From: the human T2T-CHM13v2.0 reference genome, Homo sapiens
Reading direction: 5' to 3' (one strand)
Length of the DNA stretch: 64,000 nucleotides
Assembly: GCF_009914755.1 (NCBI RefSeq)
Contig: NC_060940.1
The position numbers were made by a program, and so were the translations under genes. Below the pieces are notes generated by a model. That model saw only the letters and a list, made by a program, of their open reading frames with translations. It had not been told where the DNA came from and searched no databases. This document shows, one piece after another, positions 1 to 16,100 of the stretch (its first letter is position 1; the number at the start of each line of letters is the position of its first letter).

Positions 1-139
1 TTTTTTATAGAGATGGGGCCTTGTTATGTTGCCCAGGCTCACAGCAAGAGCCTGGTCTTGAACTCCTGGGCTCAAGTGATTCTTCCGCCTCGGCCTCCCA
101 AACTGCTGGGATTATAGGTGTGAGCCACCGTGCCTGGCC
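1..139 (-). mobile_element. Alu left monomer (AluJ/FLAM-like), cut by the window edge
   Basis: Ends ...gtgagccaccgtgcctggcc; carries a 12-nt insertion near 40-51. Confidence 0.9.
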
Positions 140-569
140 AGCTCTTTTCTTGAGCTGCAGAGCAACTTGAGAAAGAACTTGGTGATGACTTTGCCAGGTA
201 TCTCTCCAGGTCATTTATAATAAAGCAAATCATTTGACATCTGCTTCTTCACTCGGGCTCTTCGTGGGGCCAATCAAAGGGACAACAAATTTCCCATCTC
301 AGAGCTGCTAATGAAGGTTAAATAATTAATGCCTGGAACAAAGTAGAGGAGGCTGGACAGCTTCCCGGCTGCAATCTCCTGCCCATGCCTGTGGACATCC
401 CGCTCTGATCTCAAGCCCACCGTGCTCAAACGGCTGGCTTCATGCCGCTGCCTCCATCCCAGCCCCACTGGCCTTTCTCCTCATGGCAAGCACAGAGTAT
501 AGAATGGGCAGAAGTTGTTTCTAGGAGCAAAAACTCAAACCAGAAGAGCCCTTGAAGAGATACTCAGAG

Positions 570-1030
570 GCACTCCTCATCAGGGAAATGCATGTTGAGG
601 CAATGAGATGTCGTTTTATGCTTTATACTGATTAGATAGGCAAACAGTAGAAAGCTGGAGAATGCCCAGTGTTGGTCAGGATATGGGAACTTTAAGCAGT
701 GCAAATTCAACGTAATCTACGCTGTGACTCCATCAGCCTGCACCTGGATGCACACTCCAAGTGGATCCTTGGTCCTTAGGAGGACACAGGTCCTTAGGAT
801 GCACACAGGTCCTTAGGAGGACAGGCCTGAGGATGTTCTCTGCAGCTTCCTTTGTGGTGACAAGGATTTGGAAACAAGCTCGTTGTCTATCACTAAGAGA
901 ACAGACAGGCACAGGAGGAGCGCAGTGTGGAGAATCAGGCGGGTGTTGGGTTAGGTATAGACACAGCCACATGGATAATCTCAAACAGAGTGCATGAAAA
1001 CTGAAGAAACAGAATGAGATCTATAGCACA
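570..1030 (+). mobile_element. Old L1 (L1ME-like) ORF2 end/3'UTR fragment
   Basis: Degenerate catcagggaaatgca...gagatg...gtgttggtcaggatatgg motifs. Confidence 0.6.
771..825. repeat. Short tandem repeat, ~3 x 18-19 bp
   Basis: ggtccttaggaggacaca / ggtccttaggatgcacaca / ggtccttaggaggaca. Confidence 0.85.
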
Positions 1031-1101
1031 AACTGAGATCAACTGCATTACTGTTCAGCAGACATTCACAGCCGTCCTTCTTGGGGAACAGTCTTCCCCA
1101 C

Positions 1102-1784
<683 letters not shown>

Positions 1785-1789
1785 CCCAT

Positions 1790-2137
1790 CCTACTAACTT
1801 TGGGCCTGAACATGTGACTTGCTTTGTCCAGTGACATAGGGGCAGAGGTGACCATGTGCCATCACCCAGCCAGGGCTTACACAGTATCCCAGATCATGGC
1901 TCACCCCTGTTGCATTTCCACCGCTGCCATAAGAATATCCCCTGGTGCTGGCCCCAGTGTGACAGGAGATGTGTCCAGCAAGAAGACCTGAACACAACCC
2001 TCAGCCTGGACCCAAGGTAACCCGCCCAACCTGCAGACTCACAAGCAAGAAAAATAATGCTTGGTTATGGAAGCCACTTGCTGAGTGGTGGGGTGATTTG
2101 TTACACAGCCTTACTGCAGGAATAGCTGACTAATACA
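1790..2137 (+). mobile_element. MLT1 LTR fragment
   Basis: catgtgacttgctttg... and terminal tttgttacacagc...aatagctgactaataca. Confidence 0.7.
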
Positions 2138-2452
2138 CATACTATTCATATGAATTTAAAATACATGCAAAAGGGGGCACCTTTGTAAAAACACATACAA
2201 GCAGAAATACTTCAGACAGAATTGGATGGTTGCCAGTATGGAAGGGAGGGGAATGGAGAAAAGAATAACCCATTATTCAATCAACTGGAGACTGGTATGG
2301 ACCATTCAGGACCATAGCCTTGACCTGAGCAGCACTCTCAGCTCACTCTCTTCTCCCGAGTTTCTGTCTCACCAGAAACAAGTCCATGAGGGCAGGGCCC
2401 TAGAAATCATACTGGGGAGGTACAGAGTTGGTGTTCAATAAATATTTGTGAA

Positions 2453-2757
2453 GGCCAAGTGTGGTTGCTCACACCTGGAATCCCAGCACTTTGAGAAGCT
2501 GAGGTAGGGGGTTTGCTTGGGGCCAGGAGTTTTGAGACCAGCCAGGGCAACATGGCAAAACCCCCATCTCTATAAAAAATTTAAAAGTTAGCCAGGAGCA
2601 GTGGCTCATGTCTGTATTCTCCACTACTCAGGAGGCTAAGGCAGGAGGATTGCTTGAGTCCAGGAGTTCTAGGTTACAGTGAGCTATGATCATACTACTG
2701 CACTCCAGCCTGGGTGACAGAGCAAGACTTTGTCACAAAAAAAAAAAAAAAAAAAAA
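2453..2757 (+). mobile_element. AluJ
   Basis: Full dimer with J-type gagctatgat and poly(A). Confidence 0.92.
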
Positions 2758-3349
2758 GTGTGTTGAGCCAATGACTAAGATAAAAAGTCTGAAGACTTCT
2801 TTGACCCTCAGAACCCCAGAACCTCCCTTCTGGAAGAAAATTTGCCACTATCTTCTCAAAATGCAAAACTCAAATTCCAGAGGGGTCTTCCAATGTCACC
2901 TTTTCCTTGAAGTCCAAGAGAGGTTCGGAAACAGGCCTGAGGTCCCGTAGCTGCTCAGGGCTGGGCCCTGCATTCAACCCTCGATCTGCTGGTAGCCAAA
3001 GTCCCTATTTTGAACCCTGCCACCCTCCACGGGGAGGATGAAGGGCTTGGAGTTGAACTCAATTAAATCTTCCTCACTCTCTCAGCCAGTTTATTTGTCC
3101 ATTTGAGTCTTAAAGAGGCGTTGATGAGAACTCCACAGGAAATCATGAGACAGCAGAGGTGCTTTGCAGCAGAGAAGGCAGGGCGGGGCAGAACAACCTT
3201 CCCCAGCACGCAGGTCATTAGTTCCATTTGCAAGGGCCACTCCCCGCCAACACTACTACCCTCCAGCTCATTTAATTCAAAATAAATGTACAGGGCAGGA
3301 AAGTCATTGAGGTGCAAGAAAGGAGGGAAGGCTTTAAAAGCGAGCTATG

Positions 3350-3653
3350 GGCCAGGCGTGGTGGCTCACGCCTGTAATCCCAGCACTTCAGGAGGCCAAG
3401 GTGGGAGGATCACCTGAGGTCAGGAGTTCGAGACCAGCCTGGCCAACATGGCAAAACCCCATCTCTACAAAAATTAGCCAGGCATGATGGCAGGTGCCTG
3501 TAATCTCAGCTATTTGGGAGGTTAAGGTAGGAGAATCGCTTGAACCTGGGAGGCGGAGGTTGCAGTGAGTCTAGATTGCGCCATTGCACTCCAGCCTGGG
3601 TGACAGAGTGAGACTCTGTCTCAAAAAATAAATAAATAAAATAAAATAAAAAC
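3350..3653 (+). mobile_element. AluS with TSD
   Basis: TSD aaaagcgagctatg / aaaagtgagctatg. Confidence 0.95.
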
Positions 3654-3744
3654 AAAAGTGAGCTATGAATTTCATTTCCAAGGAAAGGAGAATACGGAAG
3701 AGAGAGTGGAGAAGTTGAAGAGACCCAGAGGAGCATGGCACCAT

Positions 3745-4000
3745 GGGAGAGCTGTGGCTCCAGCGTGCAGCGGCCCTGGGTTCAAATTCTGGCTCTGTCA
3801 TTTCGCGGTTGTGCGAGGGTGTCACATGCTTAGCCTCTCTGAACCTCAGTTTACCCATCTGAAAAATGAGGACCAAAGTGGCACCTATTTCCTGGGGCTG
3901 TTGGGAGGATCCAATGAGACCATGAGCTGATCTATGCATAACACCTGGCTCAGAGCAGGCTCTGGAATGTAGCTCACATATTTTCTGGGCACCTACTGGA
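3745..4000 (+). mobile_element. MIR
   Basis: Core cctctctgaacctcagtttacccatctgaaaaatg. Confidence 0.8.
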
Positions 4001-5328
4001 TGCCAAGCACCATGTGGGGATTTGGCATTGAACAAGACAGGCAAGGCAGTGCCCTTGTGGAGTTCAAGGTCTTGTGAAGAGAACAAGACAGAAAACATGT
4101 GAACGCATAAAACGAGATCATTTCGGGGATTTGCAGGAGGGACAAAGCAAGGTGACTTGAGAAGGTGTTTATTTTAGACAGCACGGTCCAGGGAGGTTTC
4201 TCCAAGGCGAGGACATTGAGGTGAGACTCGGATGGAGCCCATTATGGGGAGCAGCGTCAAAAACAGTGAGCAGGGGAGCCCCTAATCCCATCAGCAAACA
4301 GCTCCCACCTGCCCTGGAATGGCTGCTGAGAGAGGTCCCTGTGGGTCCCCAGGCCTCTGAGAGCTGCCACAGCCCGGCCAGCCTTCCTGAGCTAGTCCCA
4401 TCCTGATGGGGGAATGGGGGGCTTCAGAGTCAACAATGAGGGCTCTGCTTGCGTTTTTATTTCTGATGCCAAGTGGTGTCTATGATGCAGGGTCTGACTT
4501 GGGGCTCTTGACACCTTGCATTTTGGGGATATTAAGTCAAAATCTTAAATGACCACTTAGCGTTAGGCTCTCGGCTATACGCTAGAGACAGACGTGAAGA
4601 AGTCCTGCCTCTCAGGCCATGCTGAGGCTCTCCCCAAGATCTGGGCAGGGCTGCTTCACAGCCATGCCACCCCTCTGCCTCAAGGCAGCTGTGAATCAGT
4701 TTTTGGAGTTCAAATCAGATCGTGCCACCTGTGATTCCATTGTCTTGCAAGTGGCTTCCAAGAGGTAGCCCAAGTTCCTCAAGGTGACATTTCAGGTGTG
4801 TTGCAACCCAGCCCTGCTAAGCCCTCCCGCCTGGCCCCTCCTGCTCCCTGGTCCTCAGTGTGCCAGCAACAGCCATTAGCTGCTGTAGACAGAACCGGAC
4901 ACAAGCATCCATCCTCCTCCTTGAAATTGCATGTGCTGTTCCTCCCATCTAGAATGCCTTTTCCTACCTTCACTGCTCAGCCTGCAGGATGCATCACAGA
5001 TGATGCTGCCTGGTGAACCCTTGCCTAGCAACCCGATCCGTATCTCAAGTGAGGTCAGGTCCAGCTCTGGGATCTACAGGACAACTACACCAAAATCTAA
5101 GACCCCTTCATCCCAGGACCCAGGGAATCACCCCCACCCTTCAGGACCCTGCCAGACCTTCACTCAGCCTGCCTTTCAGGGCACTAAGCCTTTCCATGCC
5201 CAGGTCAATCACAGTCGCACGAGGAAAGAACAAGGAAGTGGTCAGACTCACAGCATCCTTATCGGCAGACCATCCTGCCCACTTTACAAGGAAGGGGACT
5301 GAGGCTTTCACTTTATAAGGTCACTGGG

Positions 5329-5757
5329 TGCTATAGTTTGGTTTATGTGACCCCCTCCAGATCTCAGGTTGAAATTTGATCTCTGCTGTTAGAGATGGAG
5401 CCTAATGGAAGGTGTTTGGGTCATGGGGGAGGACTCCTCATGAATAGATCAATGCCCTCCCTTGTGTGGGACGAGGGTGGAAGTGAGTTCTCACTCTATT
5501 CGTTTCTGCAGGAGCTGGTTGTTGAAAAGAGCCCGGCACCTCCCTCCGTCTCTTGCCTCCTCTCTTGCATGTGACCTCTGCACACAGCAGCTCTCCTTTG
5601 CTTTCCTCCATGAGTGGAAGCAGCCTGAGGCCCTCACCAGAAGCAGATGCAGGCTTCTTGTACAGCCTGCAGAACCATGAGCCAAATAAGCCTCTATTCA
5701 TTGCAAATTACCCAGACACAGGTATTCCTTTACAGCAACACAAACAGACGTAGATGC
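5329..5757 (+). mobile_element. MST (MSTB-like) solo LTR inserted in a MIR
   Basis: tgctatagtttgg...gagccaaataagcct...aattacccag. Confidence 0.88.
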
Positions 5758-5828
5758 CCAACTTGCAAATCAGAGCCTGGATTTGAACCAGATCTTTGGT
5801 TCCTCTGGCTCAAAGTCATCCTCTTTCT

Positions 5829-5900
5829 ACTACATTGGTACAAAAGTAATTGCAGTGTTTGCCACTGAAAGCAATGACAAAACTGCAATTACTCAATGCA
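5829..5900. mobile_element. MADE1 (Hsmar1-derived MITE), right terminus missing
   Basis: ttggtacaaaagtaattgcagtgtttgcca...tgacaaaactgcaattact palindromic core. Confidence 0.85.
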
Positions 5901-6001
5901 TGCAGGTCATTAGTTCCATTTGCAAGGGCCACTCCCCGCCAACACTACCCTCCAGCTCATTTAATTCAAAATAAACGTCCAGGGCAGGAAAGTCATTGAG
6001 G
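5898..6001 (+). repeat. Direct copy of unique segment 3206-3312
   Basis: gcaggtcattagttccatttgcaagggccactccccgccaacact...gtcattgagg at both sites; ~3 substitutions and one 3-nt indel. Confidence 0.97.
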
Positions 6002-6478
6002 CAGCCCATGCATCCTCACCTACTTACTCTTGTCCTGAACATAACAGAAGAGCTCTTTTCTGCTCTTCCTAGAGGTTTTTGCCAGCTCAGTCCCTCGCGG
6101 TGGGCACTTGCCCGTCCTGACAATAACCTGATGACCTTCGCTGCTCTGATGTTCACTCTGACCTGCTGCCTGGACAGCTTTTGGAAATCTCCTTCTCCAG
6201 CAGGGCGTCTGCTCCTGTGGCTCTCAAGGCTCCAGCCAGTGTTTCCAGGGACATTTGTCTCAATGGGAACCTTTGGGCAGCCTAGAATTTTGAACTGTTG
6301 AGAAGCCAGCGGTCTTTCTCTCTGCTCTTCTGCCTTTTTTTTTTTAATGGAGTCTCGCTCTGTCATCCAGGCTGGAGTGCAGTGGTGTGATCTCGGCTCA
6401 CTGCAACCCAACCTCCATCTCCAGGTTCAAGTGATTCTCCCGCCTCAGCCTCCCAAGTAGCTGGGATTACAGGTGCCC
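6001..6478 (-). repeat. Left arm of ~480-bp inverted repeat (partner 7341-7822)
   Basis: Reverse complement of 7341-7822 with ~8 substitutions; shared private Alu variant ggttgggttgcagtg. Confidence 0.97.
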
Positions 6479-6629
6479 ACCACCGTGCCCAGCTAATTTT
6501 GTATTTTTTAGTACAGACAGGGTTTCACCATGTTGGCCAGGCAGGTCTTGAACTCCTGACCTCAGGTGATCTGTCTGCCTTGGCCTCCCAAGGTGCTGGG
6601 ACTATAGGCATGAGCCACCACGCCTGGCC
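6334..6629 (-). mobile_element. AluS, full length
   Basis: Poly(T) followed by a complete dimer. Confidence 0.95.
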
Positions 6630-6789
6630 CCTTCTGCCCTCTCGAAGGACCATCTCCCTTGCTGACAGGGCATCTGCCAATCAGCAATCTTTCACCTCTA
6701 GGTCACTCTCCAAGTAAGACAGACCAGGGCGATGACTGGGGAGCACTTCCTAAGTCCTTGGCACCATCGTTGAGTTGGCGGCTGGTGGG

Positions 6790-7290
6790 GGTTTTAGAAA
6801 AGAAGAAAAATTGGCTTCAAGGACCACATCCCACTCAAACTAGCTTAACTCCAAAGGAAGTTCTGAGAGGCCACAGGGGACTGTCCTGGGCCCAGGAGGT
6901 GTTCGAAGAGCAGACTTAGAACATGAGATGGGGACTCCCTCTCTGTCTCTGATTACCAGGGGTCTTCCCTTGACTCCTCTACACATCCGTTTCATTCTTT
7001 TGTTGTGGCGACACCCACATGATGACCATGGCCCCATGGTTGTCTGCCCCACCTCCTAGCTCAGCAGTGCACCTGGTCACCCCACAGTCAATGAAATCTC
7101 TAGGTCTCCTTTTCAAAAAAAATCCAAAGAGAGAGATTCTGATTGGTCCAGTTGGAGCCGGGTCCAGCTCAGGTCCAGTGAGCTGAGGCGAGGGGTAGGG
7201 TTGCACCATGCAGAGAGGCGCCCCTTGGGGCTGTGGTCAGTTTCATTAATAAGGGAGTGTAGCTGGGGAGGCAATGATTGGCACCACTAA
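6790..7290 (-). mobile_element. Old MLT1 LTR, degenerate
   Basis: cactcaaactagcttaa..., gagagagattctgattggtccag motifs. Confidence 0.5.
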
Positions 7291-7340
7291 TATGGGTGGG
7301 GGATGGGGAGTGCACCATTGTTTGGTTTATTATTAGGTTG

Positions 7341-7822
7341 GGGCACCTGTAGTCCCAGCTACTTGGGAGGCAGAGGCGGGAGAATCACTTGAACCTGGAG
7401 ATGGAGGTTGGGTTGCAGTGAGCCGAGATCACACCACTGCACTCCAGCCTGGATGACAGAGCGAGACTCCATTAAAAAAAAAAAAAAAGGCAGAGGAGCA
7501 GAGAGAAAGACCGCTGGCTTCTCAACTGTTCAAAATTCTAGGCTGCCCAAAGGTTCCCATTGAGACAAATGTCCCTGGAAACACTGGCTGGAGCCTTGAG
7601 AGCCACAGGAGCAGATGCCCTGCTGGAGAAGGAGATTTCCAAAAGCTGTCCAGGCAGCAGGTCAGAGTGAACATCAGAGCAGCGAAGGTCATCAGGTTAT
7701 TGTCAGGACGGGCAAGTGCCCACCGCGAGGGACTGAGCTGGCAAAAACCTCTAGGAAGGGCAGAAAAGAGCTCTTCTGTTATGTTCAGGACAAGAGTAAG
7801 AAGGTGAGGATGGATGGGCTGC
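7341..7822 (+). repeat. Right arm of ~480-bp inverted repeat (Alu right arm 7341-7488 plus unique flank)
   Basis: See 6001-6478; also explains the near-identical ORFs 5996..6301(+) and 7522..7911(-). Confidence 0.97.
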
Positions 7823-8210
7823 TTGGAGCCAAAGGTAAGATTCCGAAAGCATGGTGGTAGGAAGTGAGCAGAACGTCCCTGATTCTGCTTTGTTTCAGAC
7901 TCCTCTGGCAAGAAAGAGGATCACTTAAACCACAAAGAGCAGCCCAAGTACTGGCAAGGCAGAGCCAAAGTCCAAATGGAGCCAAGGTTCTGAGCCTTCT
8001 GAATGTGTTCCAGCCTCCCAACATGAACAAACATGGACTGTGGCATTGGGACCCTCCGTGAGGATGGATGGATGCTTCATTGCTGTGCAGTGGGGACTCT
8101 GGGGAACTAACGGGGAACCCAGCACTTGAAAGCACATAATGACATTCCAACTGCAAAAAAAGAAAGAAACTAGAGTTTGTGAGCTCAAGGGTAGCAAACA
8201 TTCCAGCTGA

Positions 8211-8544
<334 letters not shown>

Positions 8545-8892
8545 TGAACCTTGAGACCTGAACTGAGCTTTTCCCATGCCCTTCCATGAATGTGTCTTTC
8601 CCCACATGTAACTGTTGCTGTATGACAGAATGACACACTGGTCAGCAGAGAGGCAGCTCAGGCCACCAGAACAGGACTTCTGAGTTACAAGAGTCTGGGC
8701 TTTTGAGTTCAAAAGCCACGGTTTTCACTGTATGTAATATATTTAGAAGAAGAGATGAAAGTCCAGCCTGCCACCTCTCCCCACTCTCCCCATATGCCAT
8801 ACGAAAGTTCCCCTGGCCTGGGGGACCGAGGAAGGGATGTCAGAGAATATGACAGAGACTTCATGCATCACCAAAATTTGTTTTCTTTCCCT

Positions 8893-9082
<190 letters not shown>

Positions 9083-9099
9083 TAAATAGGCCAGAGAAA

Positions 9100-9981
9100 A
9101 AAACAAACAACCCCATCAAAAAGTGGGCAAGGATACGAACAGACACTTCTCAAAAGAAGACATTAATGCAGCCAAAAAACACATGAAAAAATGCTCATCA
9201 TCACTGGCCATCAGAGAAATGCAAATCAAAACCACAGTGAGATACCATCTCACACCAGTTAGAATGGCAATCATTAAAAAGTCAGGAAACAACAGGTTCT
9301 GGAGAGGATGTGGAGAAATAGGAACACTTTTACACTGTTGGTGGGACTGTAAACCAGTTCAACCATTGTGGAAGTCAGTGTGGCGATTCCTCAGGGATCT
9401 AGAACCAGAAATACCATTTGACCCAGCCATCCCATTACTGGGTATATACCCAAAGGACTATAAATCATGGGGCTATAAAGACACATGCACACGTATGTTT
9501 ATTGCGGCACTATTCACAATAGCAAAGACTTGGAACCAACTCAAATGTCCAACAATGATAGACTGGATTAAGAAAATGTGACACATATACACCATGGAAT
9601 ACTATGCAGCCATAAAAATGATGAGTTCATGTCCTTTTTAGGGACATGGATGAAATTGGAAACCATCATTCTCAGTAAACTATCGCAAGAACAAAAAAAC
9701 CAAACACCGCATATTCTCACTCATAGGTGGGAATTGAACAATGAGAACACATGGACACAGGAAGGGGAACATCACACTCTGGGGACTGTTGTGGGGTGGG
9801 GGGAGTGCGGAGGGATAGCATTAGGAGATATACCTAATGCTAAATGACGAGTTGATGGGTGCAGCACACCAGCATGGCACATGTATGCAGATGTAACTAA
9901 CCTGCACATTGTGCGCATGTACCCTAAAACTTAAAGTATAATAATAATAAAATAAAATAAAATAAAATAAAAATAAAAAAT
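9100..9981 (+). mobile_element. 5'-truncated young L1PA (L1PA2-4-like), ~0.9 kb
   Basis: ORF2 C-terminus in frame ([19 protein letters not shown]...CWWDC...), 3'UTR G-tract, GAG (non-Ta) diagnostic, A-rich tail, TSD aaataggcca(g/a)agaaa. Confidence 0.96.
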
Positions 9982-10477
9982 AAATAGGCCAAAGAAAGCA
10001 TTAATCCTAAAGAGAAGGATGGATAAATTTAGCTGCTTTAAAATTAAGTATTTCTTTGGATATTTACCTTAAACCATCTATAAAAATTAACTCAATATGG
10101 ATCAGAGACCTAAACAGAAGAGCTAAAACAATAAAACTCTTAGTAGAAAACAGGAGGAAAACTTCATGACATTGGATTTGGCAACAGTTCCTTGGGTATA
10201 AAACCAAAAGCACAGGCATCAAAGGAAAAAATAGATAAACTGAACAACATCAAAATTAAAACTTCTGCATCAAAGGATAATATCAAGACAGTGAAAAGGC
10301 AACCCATGCAAGGAGAAAAAATATCTGCGAATCAGAGATATCTGATAAGGTGTTAATATCCAGAATATATAAAGACTCCTCCTGTAACTTACCACCAACA
10401 AAAAAACAAACACTGTGATTCAAAAATGGGCAAAAGACTAAGCTATGAGGTTGCAAAGGCATAAGAATGACACAATG

Positions 10478-10982
<505 letters not shown>

Positions 10983-11119
10983 ATAAATTGGGTGCAGTGT
11001 ATACTGCTCAGGTGATGGGTGCACCAAAATCTCACACATCACACTAAAGATCTTATTCATGTAACCAAACACCACCTGTTGTTCCCCAATAACCTATGGA
11101 AATAAAAAGAATTTTTTTA

Positions 11120-11620
<501 letters not shown>

Positions 11621-11842
11621 CTAACAAGTGTTGGCCAGGATGTGGAGAAAACGGAACGCTTGTGCATTGCTGGTGGAAATGTAAAATGGTGCAGCTACTA
11701 TGGAAAGCAGTAGGACAGTTCCTCAAACAAGTCAGCATAGAATTACCATATGATCCAGCAATTCTAGTTCTGAATATACACCTCAAAAATTGAAAGCAGG
11801 GACTCAAACAGAGTCCCCACACCCATGATCACAGCAGCATTA

Positions 11843-12070
<228 letters not shown>

Positions 12071-12546
12071 TTAGTGTATCTTCACAACACACAACAGCCA
12101 ACAGCCAAGGGACCCACCTGTCCCTCAACAGACAAATGGATAAACCAGGTGTGTTACATCCATGCGATGGCATATTAGCCTTAGGAAGAAATGGAATTCT
12201 CACACGTGCTGCACCAGAAATGAACCTTGAAGACATTATGTTTCATGAAATAAACCAGACACGCAAATACTGGTGATTCCACTTAGATGAGGTACCCAAA
12301 GTAGTCAAATTCATAGAGATAGGAAGTAGAATGGTGATTGCCAGAGGCTGGAAGGAGAGGCAGATGGGAAGTGAGTGCTTAATGACTACAGAGTTTCAGT
12401 TTGGGAAGATGAAAAAGTTCTGGAGGTAAATGGTGATGATGGTTGCAGAGAATGTGGATGTATTTAATGCCACTGAACTGTACACTTAAAAATGGTTAAA
12501 ATGGTAAATTTTATGTTATATATTTTACCATAATAAAAAAAATTAA

Positions 12547-13325
<779 letters not shown>

Positions 13326-13328
13326 AAC

Positions 13329-13703
13329 CAGTGGTTCTCAGACTGGAGTATGCATGAAAATCACCCACAGGGCTTATGGAACACGAATTGCAGGGTCCAC
13401 TGCTTCTAGTTCAGGAGGTCCGTAGTGGGACTTGAGAATTTGCAGAGTGGTTTTGTTTGTTTGTTTGTTTGTTTGTTTTTGAGACAGGGTCTCACTCTGT
13501 CACCCAGGTTAGAGTGCACTGGCATGATCATAGCTCACTACAGCCTCGAACTCCTGGCCTCAAGTGATCCTCCTGTCTTGGCCTCCCAAAGTGCTGGGAT
13601 TACAGGCATGAGTCACTGCACCCAGCCAAAATTTGCATTTCTAACAAGCTCCCAGGTGATGCTGATTCCACCAGTTTGAGAATCACACTTGAAGAACCAG
13701 TGG
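13329..13703. mobile_element. MER5A hAT transposon with an Alu monomer (FAM/FRAM-like, 13451-13627, minus) inside
   Basis: cagtggttctca...tttgcatttctaacaagctcccaggtgatgctgat...gaaccagtg. Confidence 0.8.
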
Positions 13704-13956
13704 CATTGTTCCTAATAAAAACTGAAAATGACCCAAATATCCATTAAGAATAGAATGAACAAATAGAAGGTGGTGTAGCAATACAGCAGAATATTACATA
13801 ACAATGAAAAGAAATAAACTACAGTTACATGATCAACATAATGTCAAGCAGAAGAAACCAGACACAAAAAAGTACACTGATCACATTTAGGCAAAAAATT
13901 CGAAAACAAATAAATCTATATACTTGGTAAAACCACAAGGTGAGATCAGCTAACAT

Positions 13957-14285
13957 TTTCTTTTTCTTTGTTTCTTTTTTTTTTTTTTTTTTTTTTTTTT
14001 TTGAGGCAGAGTCTTGCTGTGTCACCCAGACTGAAGTGGAATGGTGCAATCTCGACTCACTGCAACCTCTGCCTCCAGGGTTCAAGCTATTCTTATGCCT
14101 CAGCCTCTCAAGTAGCTGGAACTACAGGTGTGCACCACCACACCCAGCTAATTTTTTGCATTTTTAGTAGAGACAGGGTTTTGTCATGTTGGCCAGGATG
14201 GTCTCAAACTCCTGGCCTCAATCCTCCATCCGTCTTTGCCTCCCAAAGTGCTAGGATTACAGGTGTAAGCCACCATGCCCAGCCA
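13957..14285 (-). mobile_element. AluS inserted in a MER58-like element (to ~14442)
   Basis: TSD-like agctaa(c/t)attttc; MER58 motif taaagggacagacagtaaatatttt...ataaaactttatttacaaaa. Confidence 0.85.
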
Positions 14286-14679
14286 GCTAATATTTTCTAT
14301 AAAGGGACAGACAGTAAATATTTTATGTTGTGCAAGACAGATGGTCTCAGCCATAGACCATACGTAAAGGAGTGGGAGTTGCTGTGTTCTGATAAAACTT
14401 TATTTACAAAAAAACACAACAGGCCATAGTTTGGCAACCCTTGTTAGAAAGTGAAGCAAGGCAGTGATGACCCTCCCCTGGGGAAAGGGATTTGGTAGTG
14501 GCCAGGAAGGGTTACAGGGGCTTCTGGGAGTCTGACAATGACCCATTTCTTAACCTTAGCTGTAATAAAGTTTTTGCCTTACAATAATTTGTCAGGCTAT
14601 ATATGTATATGTTATGCACCTTGCTGCATTGTACTAATTTCCCAATTTTAAAAAGGTTTTAAAAATAAATAAATAAATC

Positions 14680-15720
<1,041 letters not shown>

Positions 15721-15879
15721 TTCTTTAATGTAAAACTAATGAATAAAACTGACAACCTCTGCCCTCACCGCCAGAGATGGGCCAGGGAGAGGCATGTGTG
15801 ACAAGATCAACCAGACAGAAACCGGCTTTGGAGAAATCACTAGCCCCTCCCCCTGCTCCAGAAGCCCCCAGTCCCACAT

Positions 15880-16100
15880 GGGACCCTTTCTCTGCCTTTG
15901 GCAAACGCGAGCGGAAGATCGGAAGCCCAGGAGGCCAGAGATTCTGCAGACAAGCAGGGGCCAGGGCATCCCCGCCAAGAGACAGAGGACTTTTTAAATC
16001 CAAAATGAAATTTCAAGCAGACGCCTGAGCAAAGTAAACCCCAGCCGGTTCTGCGGAGCCAATTGCCGGGCAGCCAATGGGAGAGGGGGCTCCAGCCCTC
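15880..16100. promoter_or_regulatory. Candidate intronic enhancer or promoter
   Basis: Repeat-free and locally CpG-retaining; two CGGAAG (ETS) at 15911-15925 and two CCAAT at 16059 and 16074. Motif evidence only. Confidence 0.3.

Noticed and set aside
5996-7911. Two nearly identical ~100-aa ORFs on opposite strands, suggesting a gene pair
   Set aside because: They are a by-product of the inverted duplication, with no recognisable protein and no splice or promoter context.
9123-9581. 152-aa ORF with a cysteine motif
   Set aside because: It is the C-terminus of L1 ORF2p in a 5'-truncated insertion, with no promoter or RT.
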